Assembly (NCBI GenBank): GCA_965153285.1 | Contig: OZ229113.1 | Length of the DNA: 64,000 nt | Source: Podarcis tiliguerta | Taxonomy: Eukaryota | Direction: 5' to 3' (one strand) | Shown: in pieces, positions 48,746-60,240 of the stretch | Numbering within the stretch: position 1 is the stretch's first letter | How the letters are laid out: every line of letters starts with the position of its first letter | Notes under the pieces: model-generated | Databases searched by the model: none | The model's input: the letters and a program-made list of their open reading frames with translations, nothing else | What the model was told of the DNA's origin: nothing | Made by a program: the position numbers and the translations under genes

Positions 48746-49239
48746 GTGTGTATGCCTTTTTGTCATCCTTCAGTTTTAAGGAAAAAACATTTAGGCCAAT
48801 TGCAAAAGTAATTCATACTGAGATTGCTCTTTCCTATTCCTTCTATACTTCCTTCTCTCAGCACTTTAAACAGTATTGTGGCATTTAAACACTAATAGAT
48901 GTGCTGTAGCGCAAGCCTTTGTGGGCTACAAAGCACTTTGGTAGACGAATAGCATAATTTTCAGTTGTATACCCTCCAACATTCTGACAATTAAAATTGG
49001 GCTGCAGGTCCTTTGGTACCGTGCTCCCATGCAAGCCAACTGAGGCTTCCCAGTCCCATGTCTCTGTTGCTGGCAGCAGCTCCCTCAGGAAGCAGCAGGC
49101 CAGCACCTTCACCTCCTCTTCCCTGTCATCATCTTCATCTTTGTTGGCTTCTTTTATGCCTCTGGCAGGGACAGCATCAGGCAGAGCAGGCACGGCCTTT
49201 GGGTCTGGCTGGGGCATCCTGGTTTATACCACCAGTATA

Positions 49240-49605
49240 GGGACGTGGGTGGCGCTGTAGGTAAAAGCCTCAGCACCTAGGGCTTGCCGATCGAAAGGTC
49301 GGCGGTTCGAATCCCCGCGGCGGGGTGCGCTCCCGTTGCTCGGTCCCAGTGCCTGCCAACCTAGCAGTTCGAAAGCAGCCCCGGGTGCAAGTCGATAAAT
49401 AGGGACCGCTTACTGGCGGGAAGGTAAACGGCGTTCCGTGTGCTGCGCTGGCTCGCCAGATGCAGCTTTGTCATGCTGGCCAAGTGACCCGGAAGTGTCT
49501 CCGGACAGCACTGGCCCCCGGCCTCTTAAGTGAGATGGGCGCACAACCCCAGAGTCCGTCAAGACTGGCCCGTACTGGCAGGGGTACCTTTACGTTTACT
49601 TTACC
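49240..49605 (+). mobile_element. Sauria SINE, full length
   Basis: gggacgtgggtggcgctg head, ggttcgaatccc B box, ACCTTT-like tail. Confidence 0.92.
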
Positions 49606-49831
49606 TCCTCCATGGGCTCCAGCTCGGCTGCCTTCATTTGCATGAAAAATGTGCCTCTTTTGGTGCCGAGCTCTCATGGGAAATAGCTGACTTGTGCGAG
49701 AGCTTGGCACCAAAAATGAGACATCCATTCAGAAGCCACGATGTCATCTGTAATCTGCAATTCTGGGGTGCCCTGGTCAAATCAGAACTGTTGGTGGGTA
49801 TGTAATTGACATGTGTTTTTCTATATCTCAG

Positions 49832-49837
49832 CGAGAG

Positions 49838-49883
<46 letters not shown>
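49832..49883. repeat. (GA)n microsatellite
   Basis: Direct inspection. Confidence 0.95.
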
Positions 49884-49888
<5 letters not shown>

Positions 49889-50676
49889 ACAGATGGCTGT
49901 AGCATCCCCTGCTTCTAATGTCATAGCAATGCTACCATAAAACTAGTGGTTAGTAGATACTAAACCAGCATTTGGGAATCATTACAATAGACCCTCATCA
50001 AGATAACAGATGCTCCTTTTGACAATACTGCCAATCAGCATTGTTTAGAGCCCAAACTTTTTTCAAAGAGGACCAGATTTGATGAAGTGAACATGCATGA
50101 GGGCCAACCACAGGTGTTTAGCTTTTTTTAGGATTGAAGTTGTTGAGCTTTTTAAAGGCTTTTACTCCAGGACATATACTGCCACCAGGGCCAGATTAAA
50201 TCAACCGGCAGCCCGGATTAGGCTCCCGAATTGGACTTTGGACATGCCTGGTTTAGAGAATGCATATAGAAATGATAAATCATCTCTCGGCTCTAAAAAT
50301 TTGCCAAATGAAGGGTCAATCTGCAGTGTGGCATTTTCAAAATTCTTGATAAATCTAATCCAATGCATAATTCTGTAGCTCAGAAAGATGCATCTATCAG
50401 CATGGCTACAAAGCTGCAATAATTATCTTCCAACAGTAATCTGGGAAACCTGCTTATGTTTCTAAAGCCACTAATGGGCTGTTAGAAATGCTTTAAAGGT
50501 TACTTTTCCAACATGGGAATCTGGGTTTCAATATTATTATTTTTTGGGGGGGGGGATGTAATTCTCTTGGTGGCAAAATGAAACCAAATTGAGAAAATAA
50601 ATTCAACCTGGCCCTATAAAAATGTGTAGTGTAAACTATTCTGCAGGAAGAAAAACATCTTCTTTTCCCCAAACAG

Positions 50677-50985
50677 TTAATGGATCTTTGACTATCAAAG
50701 GTGGCAACATGACAGTAAGAGAGAACCAAACAACTGAGATAATTTGTGAAGCTCTTGGATGGGCTCCTGCTCCACAGATTTCCTGGATGGTAAATAATAT
50801 TACATTAGATAATTCCATGTACATTACCAACCAGAGTCAAGGATCAAATGGCTTGTACAATGAAGAGAGCATCTTAACCCTGACACCAGTGACCAATAGC
50901 ACTGTGACTTGCTTTGTTGCTATAGATGCACTCCCTGAGCCACAGAATACAACTGTGACACTTACTGTGTATCAACCTCCTTCAA
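50677..50985 (+). CDS. IGSF5: IGSF5 Ig domain 2 exon
   Basis: VNGSLTI...EIICEALGWAPAPQISW...SILTLTP...VTCFVAIDAL...VTLTV; cag acceptor ending at 50676, A|gtaagt donor, phase 1/1. Confidence 0.93.
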
Positions 50986-51011
50986 GTAAGTGACTATCTT
51001 GCGGGTACACT

Positions 51012-51055
<44 letters not shown>
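51012..51055. repeat. (TTTC)n microsatellite
   Basis: Direct inspection. Confidence 0.92.
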
Positions 51056-54000
51056 AACATTTATTCAAAAGTTACAATACAGCTTTGTCCACTGCCATAA
51101 TATCACAAAATGATTACTCCAATCCTCAATCCCCCATCACTGTCATGTTCAAAATCTTTAATTTCTTGTTATGCTATCTACTATACATGGCTGAAAGGTA
51201 CTGTACTTGGCTTTCGATCATGGCTAAAATATTGGTGGGACATCCATTCACAGACTACATGAAATTTGGTGAGTTTCATGAAGATGGCTCTGGAATGGCC
51301 CTAGCTTTGGCCCTCTGGCTTTTGACAGCCTACAACTCCCATCATCCTTGACCATTGATCATGCTTGCTGGGGCTGATGGGTTACAGTGCACAAACACCT
51401 GGAAGGCCACAGGTTCACCATCCCTACTCCAGGTGCTTCCATGTCCAATTATTAATGTACAGTACCAACTGTAGAGTTGGGATCTTCTGCATACAAAGGA
51501 GGCGTTCTGCCACAGAGAAATGATTCCTCCCAAAGTTACACATTGATTTTTTATTATTGGCAACCCTTAGTATGTTAAATGAGGCAAAGACGGCTGATAA
51601 GAGGCAGAAGTGATTGCTTTATTTACCTCAGTTGTTAGGCAAGGTTTTCTGATCATAGTTTCCTGGTCATAGGCTTCCACTTTGTACTCCATTTGTGCCA
51701 GTACCTTGGGGACCCATTTCCTTGTGTGTTTCTGTTCTAGAAATGACCAGAGTAGATGTTTCTAATTACTGACTAAGCGAAACAGAATCCATCAGGAAGA
51801 TTCTGTTTTGTGGCTGATGGGGGAATTAATAAACCCTCTTGTCTAGCTGTCACTCTGAAGAAGCAGCCATATTCAGTTGCCATAGTGACATGATGTAACT
51901 CAGAATGGAAGAAAAGCAGATGTCACAAAGTGCAATTACGGTGTACTTACGGATTTATCTAGGAACATTCTTCATTTTATTCCCCGAGAAGCTGTTTGTG
52001 CAGGAGGGGAAACATGTGAGTTGTCAGGGTTGGAGTACATAAAAATCTTTTAATGATTAGGCTGAAATTGAGATATGTCAGCAGTAATGAAGAAAACCGC
52101 CTCTCCTCTCTCTTACACACATTACTTCATATGCCATTTCATAGTTTCCTGACAGCTTTCTTTAGTGTTTTGTGTGGTCACCATTCATCGGGCTGAAGGA
52201 AGTTTCACTGGGAGGGGGAGCCATCTATTACAATGTAGAAGCATGCACTTCAGTCACCAGAATCAGGCCTGTTCTCCTTGGAGGAAGTGTGAAGAACACT
52301 TAAACTGGTGAAGTTGTGAAAGCAGGTGGTGGAGGTGTTGGCTCTTGCCAAAAGGGCAATGGAAGATTTTTGATATTTTAGGACTCAGAAGTGCCCCATA
52401 GAGTATACCTTTTAAAGTACAGTGGGCCTGCCACTTACACTCACCTTACTTCTGCTATTGCAACCATATGCAGATGGGGGAATAAATCAATCGAGTGGTG
52501 GGACATTAGGATGTCTTTGGTCCCTTCCTCCGCCGTCTCCAAGGACAAGGAGGGGCTTAAAGTGCCAGCGCAGCGGCAGGAGAAGCCATAGGTTGCTGTC
52601 AGGCGAGGGGATTTAAGTTTAGGAAGAGGCATGGCTATTCTGTTGCTTCAATGGTCCAGTTCAGGGCTCAGACCTTGGACATAGATGCCTAGCTAGCTAC
52701 ATAGCAGGAATGGTGTGTATATCCTTTGCACCTGAGGAGATGCTGTAATTGAGTGCCTTACCAATAAAGAACTAACACTCATTTGTTCTGCTTGTGCTGG
52801 GTGTGCTCAGGACAACATACTAGTCTCTGAGTATGAGAGACGTCAGGGGTGCCGTATTATGGGTTGGGAATCCTTGGAATGAAGGTGACTGGAGACTGTG
52901 TGTTTTGGTGATACGTTTTTTATTTACACCTATATACAAGCTAAGCAGAAGATGAAGAGGCTCACAGCATCAACACTCAGCCTAACAGATCTAACTTGCC
53001 CATTTGGGTTCAGGTTTCCCTCTGAGTTAGGGCTTTGGGTTCAGCACAAAGTGCAAGGCCATGTAGGCACCCCCATTTATTTTGTGAGCAGTATGCTCCC
53101 ACCACAGGTTTGGGAAGTGGTGTACACATGACATTAGTCAAAATCCATATACATATTGCATCTATCCTGTCATTTCTTAGGAAACAGTGTGTTTTGATGT
53201 ACACCCCCCACCAAAACTAACTTTATCCGAATTGAGAAAAAGAACCACCTAGCTGAATTTTAAGTAGGTAATGTGTACATGACCATCTCCATGTGATCCC
53301 ATCTCCACTCTAGCTCACACCTTGCCCATTGTTCTCCTACACCTGGGATAAAGTGTCTAGTTGTTTCTATGGCAACAAAGCCAGATCTTTAAAAAGGACG
53401 CTTAACAGGTTTGACTAGGGCCATTAACTTGACAAAGAGACTGATTTGACCACTGCGGCAGTTCCTTTTACAACAAAATCCCATCTTACAAACAGAAAAA
53501 CTAAGGGCTTAGAAGGAGCCCCAAATGGCAAACCAACCACCCCCCCCCCCCCCGCAATCCCGCAACACTATATAAAGTGGCAATGCTGCAGTGGGAATTT
53601 AATCAGATCTTTCATACATTTAACCCAAAGATTTAAAGGGAAAACTTTGGAAACTTGAGGGTTTAATGTGTAAACAGCTATGGTGTGTTTTGCACAACAA
53701 TGCCAATTATAATCAAAAGCCTTCTCTCCTCTGATGTGGTCTATAGCTATGATAATGCTTTTCAGATAGATGAAATATAAAGCCACTGAAGAGGATTGTT
53801 CAGATGAAACACAGCTGTTGAATTAACTTTTTAATTGGATGCATAGTTTATTAGACTAGGAACTAATTTTCGCCCACATATTCCCTTCTCCTGCCTCTTC
53901 CATGCCACACTTTCCCACTACAGCCAAACTGGTAACTATGTCTATTGAGTAGAATCAGAATCTGTTGAAATAATAAAAATAAAATAATAATGTATCTAGC

Positions 54001-54139
54001 AAGGACTCTTGGACTTCTAGAAACCGCAACAGGGTAACATTACTTAAGAAAGCACAGCAGTCTATGAGTAACTCATTAAATTCATAGGGAGACGTGCATA
54101 TTTTACTGTGCTTCTTAACATTTATTAATTTTTATCTAG

Positions 54140-54259
54140 TAGCAGGCGATGACGGACGAACTCGAACTATAATTTTAGCAGTTGTATTGTCAGTTGTTGG
54201 TTTCCTCCTCCTGATCCTTATTATTCTGCTTATTATCTGCTGCTGCAAAAGAAGGAAAG
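54140..54259 (+). CDS. IGSF5: IGSF5 transmembrane exon (start may be 54140, 54143 or 54146)
   Basis: TIILAVVLSVVGFLLLILIILLIICCCKRRK: TM helix, Cys cluster and basic stop-transfer; G|gtacgt donor. Confidence 0.9.
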
Positions 54260-54804
54260 GTACGTGGGCACTCTGAACCATTTTAAAACATGGAATTATT
54301 TTAGGGAGGGAGATTAGGTCCAAATAACTGACTTTTGTGACAGTGGCAGATTTCTACTTGTATTCTTGATAAATGTAGATACGAACACTAAAAATAACCA
54401 GGAGAAAGACTGGGACTTAAACACTGATGGTGAGGAACGGAATTCAATGTAGCATAAATTCCCTTATAAATCAACCTCAGTCAAATATAGAGAAACAGCC
54501 CGGACCAGAAGGGAAACTGTTCCTCATAACTGTTTGAAACACGCTCTTAACTGTTTACACATCAAGCCCTCAGTTATTGGCACAGCTAATTTGAGAAGTT
54601 GCTTTACCATTCATTTCTGCAAGTGCAGCATTATGCATAAAAAGTAAACAATTCCAGCCAACACCAGGGCTCACACTCCCTTTGTTGTGTTTGTTCCCTG
54701 GCAATGTGGCCAGGCCATTCTCTTCAAGCGCAGGTCTTCCTGCACGGATAACCCTGGAGTTTCCAGCAAGCTGCTTTTCCGCAGAGCCCCATACTGTTGT
54801 GGGG

Positions 54805-55060
54805 GAAGAAGAAGAAGAAGAGTTTGGATTTGATACCCCGCCTTTCACTCCCTTTAAGGAGTCTCAAAGCGGTTAACATTCTCCTTTCCCTTCCTCCCCC
54901 ACAGCAAACACTCTGTGAGGTGAGTGGGGCTGAGAGACTTCAGAGAAGTGTGACTGGCCCAAGGTCACCCAGCAGCTGCAAGTGGAGGAGCGGAGACACG
55001 AACCCGGTTCCCCAGATTACGAGACTACCACTCTTAACCACTACACCACACTGGCTCTCT
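54805..55060 (-). mobile_element. Squam3-like tRNA/CORE SINE
   Basis: Minus strand gagagccagtgtggtgtagtggttaagag...ggttcgtgtctcc head, ctcacagag core, (CTT)n tail. Confidence 0.8.
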
Positions 55061-55279
55061 GGAGTGCCTTGACTTGACTTGCAGCCTGTTATAGAAATAG
55101 TGGCACATAGGTGCATGTGTGCGGGGAAAGGATAATAGGGTGGAGGGTGATGGATGGTGGGTGGTGGACGGTGTCCCTCTGAGCCACACCACACCCTGCT
55201 TTCCATGTGCAAAGGGAGCAAGATTGCAGCCCAAGTTTCAGAGGAATTCACTGCAGAGTAATTACTTATTTTTGAAATA

Positions 55280-55512
55280 CAGTCGTACCTTGGTTTTCGA
55301 ACAGCTTAGTTCTCAAACGTTTTGGCTCCCGAACACCACAAACCCGGAAGTGACTGTTTTTGGAAGCCGAAGGTCCCATGGGGCTTCCGCAGCTTCTAAT
55401 TGGCTGCAGGAGCTCCCTGCAGCCAATCAGAAGTGGTGCTTGAGTTTCTGAATGTTTTGGAAGTCGAATGGACTTCCGGAACGGATTCCATTCAACTTCC
55501 AAAGTACGACTG
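55280..55512. mobile_element. Tc1/mariner-type MITE
   Basis: ta|cagtcgtaccttgg...ccaaagtacgactg TIRs. Confidence 0.8.
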
Positions 55513-55803
55513 CATAGGAAAAATGTATAGCATAGTGATCCTACATATGAGTTATGAAGGGAAGTTCTTCCTGCCTACAATAATTCTCTCTCTTGTTTGA
55601 ATGAGGAGTCCAGGTCCACACAAGCAGAGCGCCTCCTTTTTACTTGAATGACTGAGGGTGTCTGTACATGGACAATCTCAGTTTGAGCGCTGGAGCAGCT
55701 TTCTGTATTAAATCAATATATTTAAGAAGACTTAAGAGTGTTCTTTTCAAATAAATTGCTATTTTTTTTAGAATATATTCTAAAATCTGACCTTTCCCCC
55801 CAG

Positions 55804-55828
55804 ACTCCAAGTATCAAGAGGAGATGAG
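55804..55828 (+). CDS. IGSF5: IGSF5 25-nt cytoplasmic micro-exon (DSKYQEEMR)
   Basis: cctttccccccag acceptor, AG|gtaagc donor; phase 1/2 links the TM exon to the 58434 exon in frame. Confidence 0.8.
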
Positions 55829-57129
55829 GTAAGCTGATTATCATTTTTGTTTCACTCATTTGGTAAAATTTCTATTTATTATTTTGCCCAGCTTGGCCTG
55901 TGGTCAGGGATGATGAAAGATGTATCTTGAGAGTCACAGGTTATCCCCCCCCTCTATTATTAGATTTGAAACGTACAAAGCCAGGAAGATACAAACTATT
56001 TGCCAAGGATAATATGTATATTTTCTTTTAAAATGTCCAGATGAAAATAAAAGGGAAAAAGAGATTCTATTTCATTATAAATTTAAGTGATTTTAAATTG
56101 CTGAATTATCTGTCATCATCACATAACATTTGACTGCATGAATAGTAAGTACATGATTTACCTTTAATACCCTTTAACTTTAATAGCAACATGACTCCAA
56201 ACTGAAACTTTGATCCATCCAAGAACTGTTTTGCATTGGAGCATTCTTATAGTAGCCTTAATATGTGCAACATATTTCATTTCATATATTTGAGTTAAAA
56301 CATTTTTATACCACCGTTCATTTAAAAATTCCAATGCATTTTGCAACACATAAATACTCGGTGGAAACAGGGCACTAAAAGCTAATAAATGCTGCAATTA
56401 CAGCAACAACCACGGGAGGTCACTGTGCACCAGAATAGCTCACGCCTCCTAGCTCAAGTAATGATTACAGTGGATATGCCAATTCTACAGGCTCTTCGAG
56501 TATAGAATTTCTGTTGTACAGAAACAGAACTGAAACCGAGACAGGTTGGCACATGTTAATTGTAACCAACTGGTAGGCAAATTAGATGACATTCTCTGCT
56601 TTTCTAAGACTTAGTTGAAAGCAACCTTTGGAGAGAGGAAAAAAGATGTTTGGTAACAAATTGCTTCTAGCTTAGCAAAATTAGTTTTGACCACTTAAAA
56701 TGAAGTAGGCTAATTGTCTTTATGCTAGAATGCATTAGGTTGTTGAGCTTTAAAATGTAAGAGAGCGGTATTGAGAAGCTGTTAATCAATATTGAACGGA
56801 AACTTTAAAATGACGTCATTGTGGGAAAGGTTTGCCAGGGTTTTTGTTTGCATTCATCTTCAAGACTGAAAGCTATCCTTAGCCGTCAGAGGAAAGAAGG
56901 AAACTTAATTCTGATTTGGGCTAATCAGTGCAAATGCTTATCTAGGTATGCCATATTTTGTTTCACCTTAGCTTGGCAGTAAAATCATTCACTGACTTCT
57001 AGAAAAAAGGATCTGGCTCACAATCTATACAAAACCCCCTCACATTTCAGAATTGATATTTTATGGCAAAATGCTAATTGTCATTAAAATGTATTACTTG
57101 CTGTTCAAGAAAGTGGCAGAGATTAATCA

Positions 57130-57636
57130 TGCCGGATTGGTCTGTGCTACACTACCCGGATCTCCAAGCGGTGCGAGATTCCAGGGCTTGAATTTCCTTT
57201 GGGAATGAGGCACAGTGGAGACCATGGTGTCTTTATGATATATGGTTTATTTACACATATATACAACCTGAGCCTACAATGGTTCGTGGCATTAAGGGTC
57301 TTGTTTCTTGTTTGAACTTTGGATTCAAGCAGAAATTAAACATTGTGCTGTGCCTCTCTGGCTTTCCTGTCTGTAGCTTCACTTCTGGGTCACATTACAC
57401 AGATTAAATGCTGGCCTTTTGCCATTCTCACTATCTAAGAGTTAGAGGAGGGGCCCCACTCATTTGCTGTCTGGCCCAGAGCCCCCTCTCACTTACTTTC
57501 TTAATGGCCCATCACCCAGGTAATTACCTGAACAGGAAAGCTAGCCTGGCTTATTTAGCTTTTAACCCTTGCTGCGTCCAGGGATTATGTGTCTGTTGTC
57601 CAGTTTAACACCCCAAACCTTGATTAAATTCTAACA
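57130..57636 (-). mobile_element. Probable solo LTR; related fragment on + at about 45545-45800
   Basis: Minus strand starts TGTTAGAATTTAATCAAGGTTTG (compare gttagaattaaataaggtttg at 45547); minus-strand AATAAA at about 57246. Confidence 0.5.
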
Positions 57637-58433
57637 CTTCACTGGATCCAAGAATTTAGTGGAGTCTAGCACCCACAAACTCATAACACAACCAAGGGTA
57701 CTTGCGGTTATTGCAAGTTGTTGAAGGGGATTTAGTTGGTTCAGCACTTGTGAGAGGGCAATGCACGGGTTTTGTACTGAGAAGAGGACTCTGGTCCCAG
57801 ACTGCTCCCCTTTCCCTCTTTTATTACAGCTAAAGCAGAGGCAGCAGACTCCCCATCATGCATTTCCTAGTCAATACTCAGAAATGGGACTTGCACAATA
57901 GAGCTACAGTAGTTGGCTTGACTCCTTTTGCCTGGCATCTGACACTGCGTTTCTGTAACAGCTGATCTATAGAATAAGCCCAGAAAGCAGATTAAATTTA
58001 ATACTTCGGCTTAAAAACAGCCCTGGATCAGGCTGTTCCTTAGCTAGTTAGTAACTATGTACTGAAAGCTTTGAGAGCGTGCCAAAAAGCTACTAATGTA
58101 TTACTTTTGCAAGTTGTACCTGGAGTAAAAACTGCTGAATTCAGAATTTTTGGTAAATTAGATATGAAGTGAACCCAGAGACCATGCTTCACTTCTGTCC
58201 CCAGAACAAACTCACTCTCATAGTATCGCCCACTAAGTATACAAAAAGTCCCATAAATTCAATATAGGTGATAGGTTAATAATAGATAGTAAGCAGCGGT
58301 ACTGGCTGACTTAACATGACCACTTAAATTGTCTATCTGCCATAAAGCTGAAAAAATGAGGAAAGTCTTTTGTGGTTGCACTGAAAGATCTCAAATGACA
58401 GGGGTTCAAAGGTAAGCATTTTCTATTTTCTAG

Positions 58434-58546
58434 AAAGTCATCAGAAAAGAAAACTGCTGATAGAAATTTGGAGACAGACAGACACAGTGGACAAGAAAAT
58501 TATGCATACAGTCCAGAGGATACAAGGCGTGCTGGGCAAATGACAG
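58434..58546 (+). CDS. IGSF5: IGSF5 cytoplasmic exon (KSSEKKTADRNLETDRHSGQENYAYSPEDTRRAGQMT)
   Basis: ttttctag acceptor, CAG|gtgagc donor, phase 2/1; SG.EN..YS motif as in IGSF5 tails. Confidence 0.85.
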
Positions 58547-59384
58547 GTGAGCAAAAACTGTGTTTGGGAAAATTTCTATACATCACAAAAATGCATTTGA
58601 AATGCTTCTCTGGAGCACTTGGATGGGCAGAGAATAACCTGAATATTTGTTTTGTTCTCAGAACAGTGGGATATTTGGCTACCACTGTGTGACTTGAAAA
58701 GCTAGGATGAATTGACCGAGGACCCGAAGCCTGGTTTGGCCAGTGTGTTGCATCAAGCTGAAATCAATGAACTGTTTCCTCTAGAAGTCATTTAAGGGCA
58801 ACTTTCAGTGCCCGTTTCCCAAACATATTAGTCATCTGTGCAAATGGCCCTCTATGCAGGACAATGCGTTTCCTAGGCATGTGCTTCCAGTCATTTCTGG
58901 TCAACGTGTCTAAAGGTACCATGCGACTGATAAATATTAATGTTATATATGCATATCTTAAATCCTCAACTCAATCCTTCTCTATTTTAAGTGGTTTGAG
59001 GATGGTAGCCATGAATATCGGTTAAGTTATGCACAGCAATCCTAAGCATACAAACTGGAAAGCGAGATTTATTTCAAAATCGGTTGCAGCTTAATTTGAT
59101 TATTTTTTAACAAAATGAATTATAAAATTTTGATGTGAGGCTTATTGGATTTCTTTTTTAACCCAGTGGTACACTGTATAAACCCATATGCCATGCATGA
59201 ATAATAAGGTAGTATGGTGTCATCTGAATATCCTGATTCGATTCCCAGCTTCATGTTGAGCAGCAAAAGCGAGATAGCAGCACTGCTGAAGCAGGGCCCT
59301 GTGGCAAGAGAGGCAGGCATACAGACTGCCCTTCCTAAAGCATCTTGTTGAAAATACTGCCTAGAATAATGAATATTTACTTCC

Positions 59385-59565
59385 TCCCAGGAGCTCAAGG
59401 TGGCCTACATCGTTCTTCCCCACCCACTTTTATCCTCACAACAACTCTCTGAGGTTGAGAGGGAGTGACTGCCCAAGGTCACCGCAGTAAGCTTCAGGGC
59501 TGAGTGTGGATTTGAACCCAGGTCTCCCAGGTTCTTATCCAAAATTCTAACCACTATGCAACACT
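59385..59565 (-). mobile_element. Old Squam3/CORE-type SINE fragment
   Basis: tttatcctcacaacaac...cccaaggtcacc...gatttgaacccaggtctccc...ctaaccacta. Confidence 0.65.
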
Positions 59566-60163
59566 CCCTTTACCCTGAAAAAGATGTGCACAGATGCCAT
59601 GATTAGGTCCTGAAGATGGATAGATAGAAAAACAGACACACAAGCCTTATGTAGTGTCATGCTATGCTATATGTGCAGTATGTGCACTCATTGTTCACTT
59701 CCGTGTCTTACCCTACACATACCGTATACGCAGGGAATGTATGTGAACCTTAGTGTGAGTTACATGTTAACAAACGCATTTGGATTGAATGCTCAAATAG
59801 ATAATCTGTGTGCAGCTTGTTGGGTCATGATCACATTGGTCTTCCTTCAGTGCAGAACAAGCTGCACTGAAGATCGTCCTACTGTAACCCAACCATTTAT
59901 AAATGGTGCAACCTGCAGTGGATTTGCCAATGGGTACATTGGAGTGCTTGAATAGATAAGTCTCTACAAATTTCTTAGCAGGGTTTTAACAAAGCACCCA
60001 CCCAATTTACAGCAAAGTATTCTGTTTCCTGAAGAGCGGTCTGTTCTCTTTACACAAAAAGGACATCTAAAAATACCTACATTTGTTTGTATTCTGAAAT
60101 GATTTATAGTTCCTGCCATTCTGAAGAATCAATAACAGTTATCCTTTGTATATTGTCTTGCAG

Positions 60164-60240
60164 GAGTTCCCTCTTTCTCCCCAGATAACTCTAGCCTGTA
60201 CGCTCCAGACGGGGATTTAGACGTGAATCCTGCATCACAG
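60164..60240 (+). CDS. IGSF5: IGSF5 cytoplasmic exon (GVPSFSPDNSSLYAPDGDLDVNPASQ); the terminal exon was not found in the window
   Basis: ttgtcttgcag acceptor, CAG|gtaatt donor, phase 1/0 in frame with the previous exon. Confidence 0.75.
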
